DNA of 64,000 nucleotides from Verrucomicrobiota bacterium (GTDB lineage Bacteria > Verrucomicrobiota > Verrucomicrobiia > Limisphaerales > PALSA-1396): the NCBI GenBank assembly GCA_016200005.1, contig JACQFP010000066.1, positions 13,578 through 77,577 on the forward strand. The letters run 5' to 3'. The notes under the pieces were generated by a model that worked only from the letters and a program-made list of their open reading frames with translations, was not told the origin of the DNA and did not search any database. Both the position numbers and the translations under genes were made by a program. Position 1 is the first letter of the stretch. Every line of letters starts with the position of its first letter. Below are positions 33,022 through 41,860 of the stretch, one piece after another.

Positions 33022-33044
33022 GGTTCGATTCCCGTAGGATCGCC
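33022..33044 (+). other. Partial direct repeat of the tRNA-Glu 3-prime end (attR-like)
   Basis: GGTTCGATTCCCG-TAGGATCGCC versus tRNA GGTTCGATTCCCGGTAGGGTCGCC (one deletion, one mismatch). Confidence 0.6.
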
Positions 33045-33050
33045 GCTTCC

Positions 33051-33959
33051 TTGGCATGGAATGGTTCGAGGCAACGAATGAGAATTCTCTGCATCCACGC
33101 GCACTTTGACGACTTTGAGTTCGTGGCGTCCGGGACGTTCGAAATGTGGCGACGAAAACTGGGGAATGGGCTGCGGGCACGCGTCATTGTCTGCACCGAT
33201 GGCAAGGCCGGACATCAGTTTCGCACGCGGGAGGAAACGGGCAGACTCCGACTACAGGAACAACTGACTTCCGCCAAAATCGGCGGATACGAGTTTGAAC
33301 AACTGAAGTTGCCGGACGGCCAGGTGCCGCGCGAGGCGTGCTTGCAGGTCACGATGCCCTTGCTCGCGGCTTTGTGGAAGGCGATCCGCGAGTTCGAACC
33401 GGACTATCTTTTTTGTCCACCCATTGGCGCTGATCCGCTGGCGGGAATTCATGTTGACCATGTCGGCGTGGCGGAAGCGGTGCGGCAGGTGGCTTACATG
33501 ATCAATGTGCCGCACGCCTTCACGCCGGAGTATCCGGCGGATGAAACGGCTTCGATGCCGTGCAAAGTGCCGGTCATCCTCAACGTTTACGATGGTTACA
33601 TGGCCGGCGCGAACAGTTACGATCTGGCTGTGGACGTGGAGGAGGCGTTTCCAAGAATCTGCGAGATGACGTGGTGCCATCAATCGCAAATCGCCGAATG
33701 GCTGCCGTGGGTTGGCCGACACAATCTGACACCGCCGGCATCGCAGGCTGATTGGTCGCGGACTTTGCGGCGCAGGCTGGCCAACCGGAACCAGGAACTC
33801 GGCATCAGGTCCGAACGGGCTTTTGAAGTGTTTACTGTGACGGCGTGGGGCGCGGTGCCGACGTTTGAACAATTGTTGAAGGACTTTCCCGGCATCGAAG
33901 CGGAAGCATCCAACCTCGAATCCTTACAGCAACGTCTGGCGCGCTGGCAGGGGAAGTAA
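33051..33959 (+). CDS. PIG-L/LmbE-family deacetylase
   Basis: RILCIHAHFDDFEFVASGT...VIVCTDGKAGH and HVDH motifs. Start could be ATG 33078. Confidence 0.7.
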   Translation: MAWNGSRQRMRILCIHAHFDDFEFVASGTFEMWRRKLGNGLRARVIVCTDGKAGHQFRTREETGRLRLQEQLTSAKIGGYEFEQLKLPDGQVPREACLQVTMPLLAALWKAIREFEPDYLFCPPIGADPLAGIHVDHVGVAEAVRQVAYMINVPHAFTPEYPADETASMPCKVPVILNVYDGYMAGANSYDLAVDVEEAFPRICEMTWCHQSQIAEWLPWVGRHNLTPPASQADWSRTLRRRLANRNQELGIRSERAFEVFTVTAWGAVPTFEQLLKDFPGIEAEASNLESLQQRLARWQGK

Positions 33960-33966
33960 TTGTAAA

Positions 33967-35406
33967 CTAAGCGGTCAGCAATTTCTGGCAGGCGGCTCGC
34001 AACTTTTTCAAGTGCGTTGCCGACTTCGCCTCGAGGTAGCAGCGGATGAGCGGTTCGGTGCCACTGGCGCGGAAGGCGACCCATTCGCGATTGGGCAATA
34101 AAAACTTGAAACCATCCGTCGTGATGAACTTCTCCACTTTGAATTCCCCAATGTAGTCCAAACCTGCGCCAAGTTTGGCCAGGATCGTCGCCTTGCTCTC
34201 GGGTTGGATGGGAATGTTGATGCGGTCCGTGTGAAACGCACCGGTCTGCTTTTCAAGCTGGTTGAGGATTTGGCCGAGCGATTTTTTTTCGGTGGCGACA
34301 AGCTCAGCCATCAGCAAACAGGCGAGGATGCCGTCCTTCTCCGGCACGTGACCTTTGACACTTAGCCCGCCCGATTCCTCACCGCCGACGATGATCGGTT
34401 CGCTTTCCATCAACGCGCCGATGTATTTGAAGCCGACCGGCGTCTCGTGCACTTTCACGCCGAGCAATTCGGCCACGGCATCGACCTGATGACTGGTCGG
34501 CACCGTGCGCACCACGGCGCCGGTCCAACCGCGATTCTTTTTCAGGTGATAGAGCGTCAAGGCCAGAATCTGGTTAGGCGTGAGCCACGTGCCGTTCTTG
34601 TCCACTATGCCGAAGCGGTCGGCGTCGCCGTCCAGTCCCAGCCCGATCTGCACCTTGCCGCTGCGCACCAACCGGCTGACCTCCGCCATGCCTTCGGCGT
34701 TGGGTTCGGGATGGTGACCGCCAAAAAGCGGATTCGGCTCGTCATGAAAGCGCGTAACGCTTGCGCCGGCTTCGGCCAGCAGCGTGTCGAGATAACCGCG
34801 GCCCGTCCCATACATCAGTTCCACCGCCACTTTCAGCCGGGCTTTCTTGATGACGGAGAAATCCACGAGCTTGCGCAGTTGTTTGAAGTAGGCGGGTTGC
34901 GGGTCAAAGGTCTTGCATTGAAATGTTCCGATCACCGATGCCTTGAAGCTCCAGTTTTGGGACTGGAGCCGGGCGACGTTTGCTTCAATCTGTTTGGTCA
35001 CTTCGGGGGTCGCAGGAGCGCCATTGCTGGTGGAGAATTTCAGACCTTGATACTCCGCCGGATTGTGGCTGGCGGTCATGTTGATGCCGCCGATGGCTTG
35101 GCGACTGCGGATGTTGTGAGCGATCACCGGTGTCGGCGCGTCGCGCTCGCAGAGCAAGGGAGTGAGCCCGTGGGCGGCCAGGACTTCAGCGGCGGCCAGC
35201 GAAAACTCCCGACCAAGAAAGCGCGTGTCGTGGCCCAGGATGACGACGGGTTTGCGATTGAAGATGCCGGAATTCGGGTTCTGGATTTCGGATTTAAGGA
35301 AGTCAGCGATGCTCTGAGTCACCAGCCGGACGTTATCAAAAGTGAAATCGCGCGCGATCAATCCACGCCAGCCGCTCGTTCCGAATTTGATCGTGTTGAG
35401 GTTCAA
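33967..35406 (-). CDS. Phosphoglucomutase/phosphomannomutase (alpha-D-phosphohexomutase family)
   Basis: GINMTASHNPAEYQGLKF (active-site Ser loop), GLDGDADRFGIVD, GGEESGG. Confidence 0.9.
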   Translation of the reverse strand: MNLNTIKFGTSGWRGLIARDFTFDNVRLVTQSIADFLKSEIQNPNSGIFNRKPVVILGHDTRFLGREFSLAAAEVLAAHGLTPLLCERDAPTPVIAHNIRSRQAIGGINMTASHNPAEYQGLKFSTSNGAPATPEVTKQIEANVARLQSQNWSFKASVIGTFQCKTFDPQPAYFKQLRKLVDFSVIKKARLKVAVELMYGTGRGYLDTLLAEAGASVTRFHDEPNPLFGGHHPEPNAEGMAEVSRLVRSGKVQIGLGLDGDADRFGIVDKNGTWLTPNQILALTLYHLKKNRGWTGAVVRTVPTSHQVDAVAELLGVKVHETPVGFKYIGALMESEPIIVGGEESGGLSVKGHVPEKDGILACLLMAELVATEKKSLGQILNQLEKQTGAFHTDRINIPIQPESKATILAKLGAGLDYIGEFKVEKFITTDGFKFLLPNREWVAFRASGTEPLIRCYLEAKSATHLKKLRAACQKLLTA

Positions 35407-35483
35407 GCGTCAGCTTGTTTTAAGTTTCTTGGGCATGAGTGTTCGGATTACAACCGTTGGCAAGCTAAAGCCTGAACTGCAGC

Positions 35484-35876
35484 TCAGCTCTTCCAATCGA
35501 GCGCCCTTTTCTTCAGCGCGTAGAAGTAGCCGACGAACAGGATGCCGAGGAACGAAACCATCGCGCCGAGAATCACGTTGCGCGTCGCGGCGTCCTGCAA
35601 CATCTCCTTGTAAACGACGGCCCACGGATAGAGGAAGACCACTTCAATGTCGAAGAGGATGAACAGCATGGCCACCAAATAAAACTTGACCGACATGCGC
35701 GTGTTGCCCTCGCCAACGGGCAACATGCCGCATTCATAGGCTGTGTCCTTGATCGGCTCACGCTTGCCGCGTTTGCCAACGAGCACTGAAAAGACCAGCA
35801 TGCCGAAAGAAAACGCAATGGCCACCAAGCCGAGAAGCAACACCGGCAAGTACTGACTTAACTGAGATTGTTCCAT
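35484..35876 (-). CDS. nuoA: NADH-quinone oxidoreductase subunit A
   Basis: YECGM...KFYLVAMLFILFDIEVVFLYPWAV. Confidence 0.85.
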   Translation of the reverse strand: MEQSQLSQYLPVLLLGLVAIAFSFGMLVFSVLVGKRGKREPIKDTAYECGMLPVGEGNTRMSVKFYLVAMLFILFDIEVVFLYPWAVVYKEMLQDAATRNVILGAMVSFLGILFVGYFYALKKRALDWKS

Positions 35877-35951
35877 GACGCGAAGTTAGAAATCGGCATC
35901 TGTTTTGGCAAGTGGAATCAGGTTTAAGGGTTCCTCGCGTCCAGTGGCTAC

Positions 35952-36755
35952 TCAGCCGAGCCTCACTTTGAACGCGCTGGCGGAAATAATCTTTTGCAGG
36001 TCTCCATCATAAAACGTGTCGCAATAATCCTCGGTTTCCAGAAGGTGCTGGTGGACGTCCTTGTTCTCGCGCTGGACGATGTATTTGAGCTCATCGAAGT
36101 GGTTGCTCCAGCGGAAGCCGTTGAAAAACTCGGCGCCGGCGAACTGGGTTTTATACAGCGCGTTCCTCGAGTAGCAGGTGCCGAGGTAGAGATGGCGAAA
36201 GCCCTTTTCCGCGAAGAACGATACCGCCGACGTCATCATGAACATGCCGAGGTTGCGGCTGTAATAGTTGATGTCGTAAAAGGCGTAGTAGTAGTAAACG
36301 AGTTCCTTGCCTTGGAGGTACAACGTGGCGGTGCCAATTTCCGCCTCAGTCTTCGTGTCAGTAAACACCAGCAAGTGCGAGATGATCTTTGAATTGAACA
36401 ACGAGTCCAGCCGCTCAAACGTCATCACGTCCTTGCCAAATTTGATGTCGGCATACGTCTTGTAAAACTGTCGCTTCGCCGGCGTGTAGTCGAATTGCAC
36501 GCGCGGCACCAGCTCGACGCGGATCCCATCGCCTTTGCGCAAAATGCGGCGGTTCTCCGAGGAAGGGCGGAATTTCTTCAAGTCAACGCGGACGTGGCGG
36601 CACAAGTAAAAACGATCCAGATTGCGTGACGATGGAAGAAAACCCTGGTTGAAGAGGTCCGCCGGCGTTTCGCCCGGTTCAGGAAAGGCCCAGACCGCGT
36701 AGGGAAACGAGTAGTGCGCGTAGTCGGACTTGTGCTCGGAGAACAACAGCTTCAT
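35952..36755 (-). CDS. ATE/Bpt-like (arginyl/leucyl-tRNA-protein transferase family) homologue
   Basis: GFLPSS...FYLCRHVRVDLKKFRPSSENRRILRK and YYAFYDINYYSRNLGMFMMTSAVSFFAEKGFRHLYLGTCYSRNALYKTQFAGAEFFNGFRW parallel Bpt/ATE motifs (GFRRSG, LGT, YLGYWI..MxYK..F.P.E). ATG overlaps the alr stop (ATGA). Confidence 0.6.
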   Translation of the reverse strand: MKLLFSEHKSDYAHYSFPYAVWAFPEPGETPADLFNQGFLPSSRNLDRFYLCRHVRVDLKKFRPSSENRRILRKGDGIRVELVPRVQFDYTPAKRQFYKTYADIKFGKDVMTFERLDSLFNSKIISHLLVFTDTKTEAEIGTATLYLQGKELVYYYYAFYDINYYSRNLGMFMMTSAVSFFAEKGFRHLYLGTCYSRNALYKTQFAGAEFFNGFRWSNHFDELKYIVQRENKDVHQHLLETEDYCDTFYDGDLQKIISASAFKVRLG

Positions 36756-38017
36756 TCGCTCTGGGCCGCGTTGACATAAATTCGCGGGAGGCGCTGTCGC
36801 CAGCCGGCGAGGACATCGTATGAAACGGAATTCTTCAACCGGGCAACGTCGTGCACGGAAATCTCCTCATTGCCCTGTCTGCCCATCAGCACCGCTTCGT
36901 CCCAGATCTGCGCCTGAGGAATGTCGGTGATGTCCACCGTGATCGCGTCCATGGCGACTCCACCGACCAAGGGAGCGCGACAGCCGTGAAGCAATGCGAA
37001 CCCCGCATTGCGGACGCGCGGAAAACCGTCGCCGTAGCCGATGGGCAATACCGCGATGCGTCGTGGCGACGGTGCGGTGTAACGCATGCCGTAGCCGACA
37101 TGGTCGCCGGGCTGGAGTTGTTGAATGGCCGCGATGCGCGCCTTGACGGTCATCACAGGCTCGAGGCCGGGGATGCGCCGGCAAACCGAAGAGGGGTAAA
37201 CGCCAAAGGTAATGATCCCAAGCCGAACCATGTCAAAGTGCGCCTGGGGCAGATCGAGAAAACCGCCGCTGTTGCAAAGGTGACGGTATTTCACCGAAAC
37301 GCCGCGCTCGGTCATGGCGCGCAGAACCTGACTAAACCGCTCCAGTTGCAGCAGCGCGTAGGTCTTATCGGTTTCATCCGATTGTGCGAAATGACTCATG
37401 ACGCCTTCGAGCACGAGCGACTTTTGCGAACAGATTTGTTGCATGACTGGCACGGCTTCATCCCAATGGACGCCATAGCGGTTCATGCCCGTGTTTATCT
37501 TGAGATGGACGGGGACGCGATGACCGATGGCCGCAGCCAACCGCGCGAGACTGATGGCCGCCTCCGAATCATTCACACAGCAGGTCAGTTTGCGCGCAAT
37601 ACACCATGGCAACTCCGATTCCTGCCGCTGGCCCAGCAACAGGATCGGCGCACGGATACCGAGGTCGCGCAGACTCACTGCCTCCTCCAAGGTGCTCAAC
37701 GCCACCGCCACCGCTCCTTCCGCCAGCGCGACGTTCAGCACTTGCAACGCTCCATGACCGTAGGCGTCGTCCTTGACCACGGAGAGAAACTGCACCTCGC
37801 GAGGCAAGTCCTGTCTGATGATTTGAAAATTGCGGCGAAGTCGGCCCAGGTCGATTTCCACCCACGCCGGGCGATGCGGTCGTTCGCGATGGGTTTTCAC
37901 CGGTGCGTCTTCCTCAACCGCGCCTCGTTGAAGTGAGTCGCCACTTTCAGTCACCGGTTCCGTTTGTATTCCAACCATGTCGTGCGTCATCGCGTTGCGC
38001 TCCGTGTCCGTGATCAT
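36752..38017 (-). CDS. alr: Alanine racemase
   Basis: RPAWVEIDLGRLRRNF, VVKDDAYGHGA (PLP-Lys motif), C-terminal VSYDVL. Start trimmed from 38326 to ATG 38017 to clear the upstream gene; still about 50 aa longer than usual. Confidence 0.85.
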   Translation of the reverse strand: MITDTERNAMTHDMVGIQTEPVTESGDSLQRGAVEEDAPVKTHRERPHRPAWVEIDLGRLRRNFQIIRQDLPREVQFLSVVKDDAYGHGALQVLNVALAEGAVAVALSTLEEAVSLRDLGIRAPILLLGQRQESELPWCIARKLTCCVNDSEAAISLARLAAAIGHRVPVHLKINTGMNRYGVHWDEAVPVMQQICSQKSLVLEGVMSHFAQSDETDKTYALLQLERFSQVLRAMTERGVSVKYRHLCNSGGFLDLPQAHFDMVRLGIITFGVYPSSVCRRIPGLEPVMTVKARIAAIQQLQPGDHVGYGMRYTAPSPRRIAVLPIGYGDGFPRVRNAGFALLHGCRAPLVGGVAMDAITVDITDIPQAQIWDEAVLMGRQGNEEISVHDVARLKNSVSYDVLAGWRQRLPRIYVNAAQSE

Positions 38018-38045
38018 TGAGCACTCGAGTTGAGGTTCTCGTCCA

Positions 38046-39329
38046 CTAGATATTTCCCGGCGGCCAAAGGCTTTGACCAATGTCAGTCCGGTAATAGCTG
38101 GCGAGGCTGCGAATCTTCCGGATGTTCGCATAAGCCTTGTCGATTGCTTCGTTGAGCGAAGTTCCGAGCGCGATGACGTCGGCAATCCGGTGACCAGTGG
38201 CCATGAATCGTCCGTCATTGTCGCGCGTGAGTTCGTTCCACCAAACGTCGCAGTCGAATGGCTCGACGACTTCCACCGGCAGGCGCGGGCCTCGCAATTG
38301 CACGTAAGGATAACCGTACCCAGCAAGCGTCAATGAACAACCAAATTGCAGCCGTTCCCGAAACTCGACGTTCAACTTCTTGTTTCGCGCGGTGTTCAAG
38401 ACGATTTCCATTGGATGCTTCAGCATCCGGAGGATCATCGGGCCGGAGGTGACGCCGATCCGGATATTGTACTCGATGGGAAACCATTCGCCTCCCCGGC
38501 GCACGGCGGTTGCTTGAATCGGCCCGTGGTATTTCACTTTGCGAAACCAGGGCAGCAGTGGGTGAATCAACTGCCGCGCCAGTCCGTACTTGTCCTCGGA
38601 GTCGCGCTCAACCAATCCACCGAGCGGCGCGCCAGCCACCACTCCCATGTCGCCGACGAATGCCCGCTTGTATTCCTGATTGGTGACGAGCGAATAAATT
38701 TCACCGCCGCTGATAAGCGCGATGTGGCCCGCTTCGGCCCGGCCCATGTATTCCTGCAAGAAAACGCCCTCCGCATAGTCGATGTTCTTGAGCCATGAGC
38801 GTGTGTCCTCCAACGTTTCGCAAAGAATCGTGTGAATGGGGCTGGTGGGTGAACACAACGGATTCTTGATAACGTATGGCAGCGGATGCCGCCGGAGAAA
38901 TTCCTCGGCTTCGAGCCGGTTGCGCGCCACCGAAGCTTTCGGACAAGGCACACCAACCTGCGTGCAGAGCTTGCGCGCGAAATCGCGATCACGTTCGATC
39001 ATCATCGCTTCGCCGGTCGGACTGAAGATTGGAATTTTTGAGCGGAGCAACTCGCCAGCCCATGTTGCTTGCGCCCAATCGATCGACATCGGCACCACCA
39101 TGTCGATTTTTTCACGCGTGAGCAACGCGCAAGGATTGGGAAAAGCTTCTTGAGTGTAAACCCGGCCGGCGAGTGAAGGCGGGAAATGCCCGTAATTGCG
39201 CGTCAAATAAGTCGAAACCGCGGCGCCATCCTCGTTGAGAATTTGCGCCACGCTGTGCGCAAACGAGCCAACGCCGAAGACCATCGCTGAGAAGGACCGC
39301 TTTCGGGAAATGCCTTTTCGTCTCGTCAT
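38046..39329 (-). CDS. Divergent PurD (GAR synthetase)-like ATP-grasp ligase
   Basis: Colinear with PurD: FSPTGEAMMIERDRDFARKL (FGP..AA.lE.SK.faK), QEYKRAFVGDMGVVAGAPLG (DHKR..dGD.GPNTGGMG), YHGPIQATAV...EYNIRIG, YYRTDIG. The canonical PurD signature residues are replaced. Start uncertain. Confidence 0.65.
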   Translation of the reverse strand: MTRRKGISRKRSFSAMVFGVGSFAHSVAQILNEDGAAVSTYLTRNYGHFPPSLAGRVYTQEAFPNPCALLTREKIDMVVPMSIDWAQATWAGELLRSKIPIFSPTGEAMMIERDRDFARKLCTQVGVPCPKASVARNRLEAEEFLRRHPLPYVIKNPLCSPTSPIHTILCETLEDTRSWLKNIDYAEGVFLQEYMGRAEAGHIALISGGEIYSLVTNQEYKRAFVGDMGVVAGAPLGGLVERDSEDKYGLARQLIHPLLPWFRKVKYHGPIQATAVRRGGEWFPIEYNIRIGVTSGPMILRMLKHPMEIVLNTARNKKLNVEFRERLQFGCSLTLAGYGYPYVQLRGPRLPVEVVEPFDCDVWWNELTRDNDGRFMATGHRIADVIALGTSLNEAIDKAYANIRKIRSLASYYRTDIGQSLWPPGNI

Positions 39330-39453
39330 CGTGAGGACACACCGGGTTCGAGGTGCGGAATTGTTTGTTCGTCCACCATACTTCAACCGCATTATGAGTT
39401 GGTCGAAAACAAACTCAAGCGGGGACTGAAAAATCCAACGCAATGAGGTGTTC

Positions 39454-41331
39454 TCAAGCCATCGACAGCTTCTCGAAGCTCTCTTCGATGAACGTCGTGT
39501 TCTGAATGCGCGCCAGCTTGGCGTAAAGGCCGTCCAGACGCAGCAGTTCATCGTGCGTGCCGCGTTCGATAATCTGCCCGTGGCGCATCACCAGAATCTG
39601 GTCGGCCTTGCGAATGGTGCTGAGACGATGCGCGATGACAAAGCTGGTGCGGTTGGCCATCAAGCGTTCCAAGGCTTCCTGAATCAGCCGTTCCGTGGCC
39701 GTATCAACGCTGGCGGTCGCCTCGTCGAGGATAAGGATTGGCGCGTTCTTCAGGAGGGCGCGCGCGACGCTGACGCGCTGTTTCTCGCCGACGCTCAGTT
39801 TTACACCGCGTTCGCCGACGCGGGAATCGTAACCGTTCGGCAACTTGGAAATGAATTCGTGGCAGTTCGCCGCTTGTGAAGCTGCGATGAGTTCGGCTTC
39901 GGTGGCGTCGAGTTTCCCGTAAAGAATATTCTCGCGGACCGTGCCGTTGAAAAGAAAGGCCTCCTGGCTCACGACGCTGATTTGCGCGCGCAGTGAGTCC
40001 AATGAGATGCCGCTGATGTCCGCGTCATCAATGGTGATGCGGCCCGAAGTTACTTCGTAAAACGCGGGGAGGAGATTTACCAACGTTGATTTTCCCGCGC
40101 CCGTCGGCCCGACCAGCGCAATCATTTCGCCGGGGCACGCGTGCAACGAAATATTTCGCAACACAATTTTTTCCGGTCCGTAACTGAACCCGACGTTTTC
40201 ATAAACCACCTCTCCGCGCGCGCGCCAGCCTAGCGTAACGTCCGACGTGAGGAGGCGGTTTGACTCTTCGACTGATCCCGACCGCCTCCTCACGTCGGCG
40301 GCTACATCTCTTTCCACGGCCGTGTCTAAAATATCAAAAACCCGCTCCCCGGCGGCGCGGGCGGCCTGCATCATCTGGTTCAATCCATGCAGCCGGGCAA
40401 CCGGTTCGTAAAACAGGGCGAGGTAAAAAATAAAACCGACCAACTCACCGAGAGTCATCGTGCTCGCCAGCACCATTCTGCCGCCGACCCAGAACACCAG
40501 TCCCGAACCCAGGGCGGCGGCGAAACTCATCGCCGGCGAATACATCGCCCAGACGCGCATCACGCCGAGTGTTCCTTCCCGCAAATCATCTGCGCGTTTG
40601 GCAAAGCGCGTGTCCTCGTGCGGTTCGCGACCGAACGCCTTGATCTGGCGGACGCCTTGGAGATTGTCCATGAGCAACGCGTTCATGGCGCTGGCGGCGC
40701 GGCGCTGAGCGCGATACCGGCGATGCGCTGTCAAGGTGTACCAAAGCGCGCCGCCGGCAAGAATAGGCAAGGGAATCAACGCCACCGCTGCAAGTGTGGC
40801 GTTGGTCGAGAACAAAATGATCAACACACCAACCACGCTGAGAACCGCGACCGTGCCCTGTTCCGTACCGTCAATCAACACGCGCTCCACGGAATTCACA
40901 TCCTCGATGACGCGGGTCATCAAGTCGCCAGAAGCACGCTGATCAAAGTAATTGACGGGCAGCCGCTGCAGCTTCGCATAAACTTCGCGTCGCATGTCGA
41001 AGATGACATTTTGCTCGAACGTATTGTTGATGCGAATGCGGAGGCTGTTGAACAAATCGCGCAGCAGGAATGCGCCGAGCAACCCGAGCATCACCGGCGC
41101 GAGCAATTCACTCCGGCGATTCGTGATGATCTCGTCAATGACGAATTGGGTGAGCTTGGGATAGGCAAACGAAAACGCCAGCGAGAGCAGGGCACAGGCG
41201 AACGTGCCGAAGGCCATCAGTTTGTAGGGTCGCAGATAAACCGCGACCCGACGCACAATTTCCCAGGTGGAACGGGACTTGGCCGTGAGCGTAGGATCGT
41301 CGTCGGCAGAGAGTTGAGGATGATGCGCCAT
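39454..41331 (-). CDS. ABC exporter, fused permease/ATPase (MsbA-like)
   Basis: Six-TM domain, then GPTGAGKST (Walker A), LSVGEKQRVSVARAL (signature) and ILILDEATASVD (Walker B). Confidence 0.9.
   Translation of the reverse strand: MAHHPQLSADDDPTLTAKSRSTWEIVRRVAVYLRPYKLMAFGTFACALLSLAFSFAYPKLTQFVIDEIITNRRSELLAPVMLGLLGAFLLRDLFNSLRIRINNTFEQNVIFDMRREVYAKLQRLPVNYFDQRASGDLMTRVIEDVNSVERVLIDGTEQGTVAVLSVVGVLIILFSTNATLAAVALIPLPILAGGALWYTLTAHRRYRAQRRAASAMNALLMDNLQGVRQIKAFGREPHEDTRFAKRADDLREGTLGVMRVWAMYSPAMSFAAALGSGLVFWVGGRMVLASTMTLGELVGFIFYLALFYEPVARLHGLNQMMQAARAAGERVFDILDTAVERDVAADVRRRSGSVEESNRLLTSDVTLGWRARGEVVYENVGFSYGPEKIVLRNISLHACPGEMIALVGPTGAGKSTLVNLLPAFYEVTSGRITIDDADISGISLDSLRAQISVVSQEAFLFNGTVRENILYGKLDATEAELIAASQAANCHEFISKLPNGYDSRVGERGVKLSVGEKQRVSVARALLKNAPILILDEATASVDTATERLIQEALERLMANRTSFVIAHRLSTIRKADQILVMRHGQIIERGTHDELLRLDGLYAKLARIQNTTFIEESFEKLSMA
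40235..40305. repeat. Family A-related palindromic element, copy 3 (intragenic, in frame, in the TMD-NBD linker)
   Basis: CCGACGTGAGGAGGCGGT (40241-40258) and ACCGCCTCCTCACGTCGG (40280-40297) form a perfect 18-bp inverted repeat. On the gene strand the end GTAGCCGCCGACGTGAG matches the family A end GTAGCAGCCGACGTGAG. Confidence 0.7.
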
Positions 41332-41598
41332 GCTAAGTGCGGAGTGCGGAGCGCGGCGTGCGGGATAAAAAGCGCGACGGGTGGAAGGGCACGAGGATGG
41401 CCGGCGTTATGACCCATCCAATGTGTGCAACGGCGCAAGCCAACTCTCCCGGAGAGATTGTTGCGTGTATCAGCAATTTGTCTTCCATATGTTCATTATG
41501 GCAGAAATCTCGCATTTTGAAAACCTTTACTGGACTGAAAGCAGTCTGGCACCAGTAAAATTGTTGGAGGCGCAACTTGACATCCGCATTGAATTTGA

Positions 41599-41647
41599 CC
41601 CCTATCCCGCGGAGAAGCGCGGGGAGAGAGTTAGGGAGCGGGGCGGG
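41599..41647. repeat. Degenerate SPSDGER-type hairpin repeat
   Basis: CCCCTATCCCGCGGAGAAGCGCGGGGAGAGAGTTAGGGAGCGGGG, with inner hairpin CCCGCG-GAGAAG-CGCGGG. Confidence 0.35.
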
Positions 41648-41860
41648 AATCCTGCGGAGGCAACAAGCCTCCAGCAACACGGCTTCCGTGCCCCGTTCCC
41701 ACTCCGCCTGCCTTCATCAGACGGACAGGGAGGTCCTCTGCGTTCCTTCTACTGATCATCACCAGGGTTGGGTATCCTGTTTCGCAGCGATTATTTTTTC
41801 CGTGCTTGTTTTGTGCGTCGATAGTTAATTTGCGGCGTTGCGCGCGGCGCTCGAGTTGTT

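Noticed and set aside
34447-35475. 342-aa plus-strand ORF
   Set aside because: It is antisense to the phosphoglucomutase gene, which has unambiguous motifs.
36851-37936. 361-aa plus-strand ORF
   Set aside because: It is antisense to alanine racemase.
38018-38326. Extra 103 N-terminal codons of the alr ORF
   Set aside because: They overlap the 3-prime end of the PurD-like gene in another frame, and the composition is not protein-like. The ORF was trimmed to ATG 38017.
40387-41412. 341-aa plus-strand ORF
   Set aside because: It is antisense to the ABC exporter.
41333-41680. 115-aa minus-strand ORF in the 530-bp intergenic region
   Set aside because: It has no motif, partly overlaps a degenerate hairpin repeat and has poor coding character. 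It is left unannotated.
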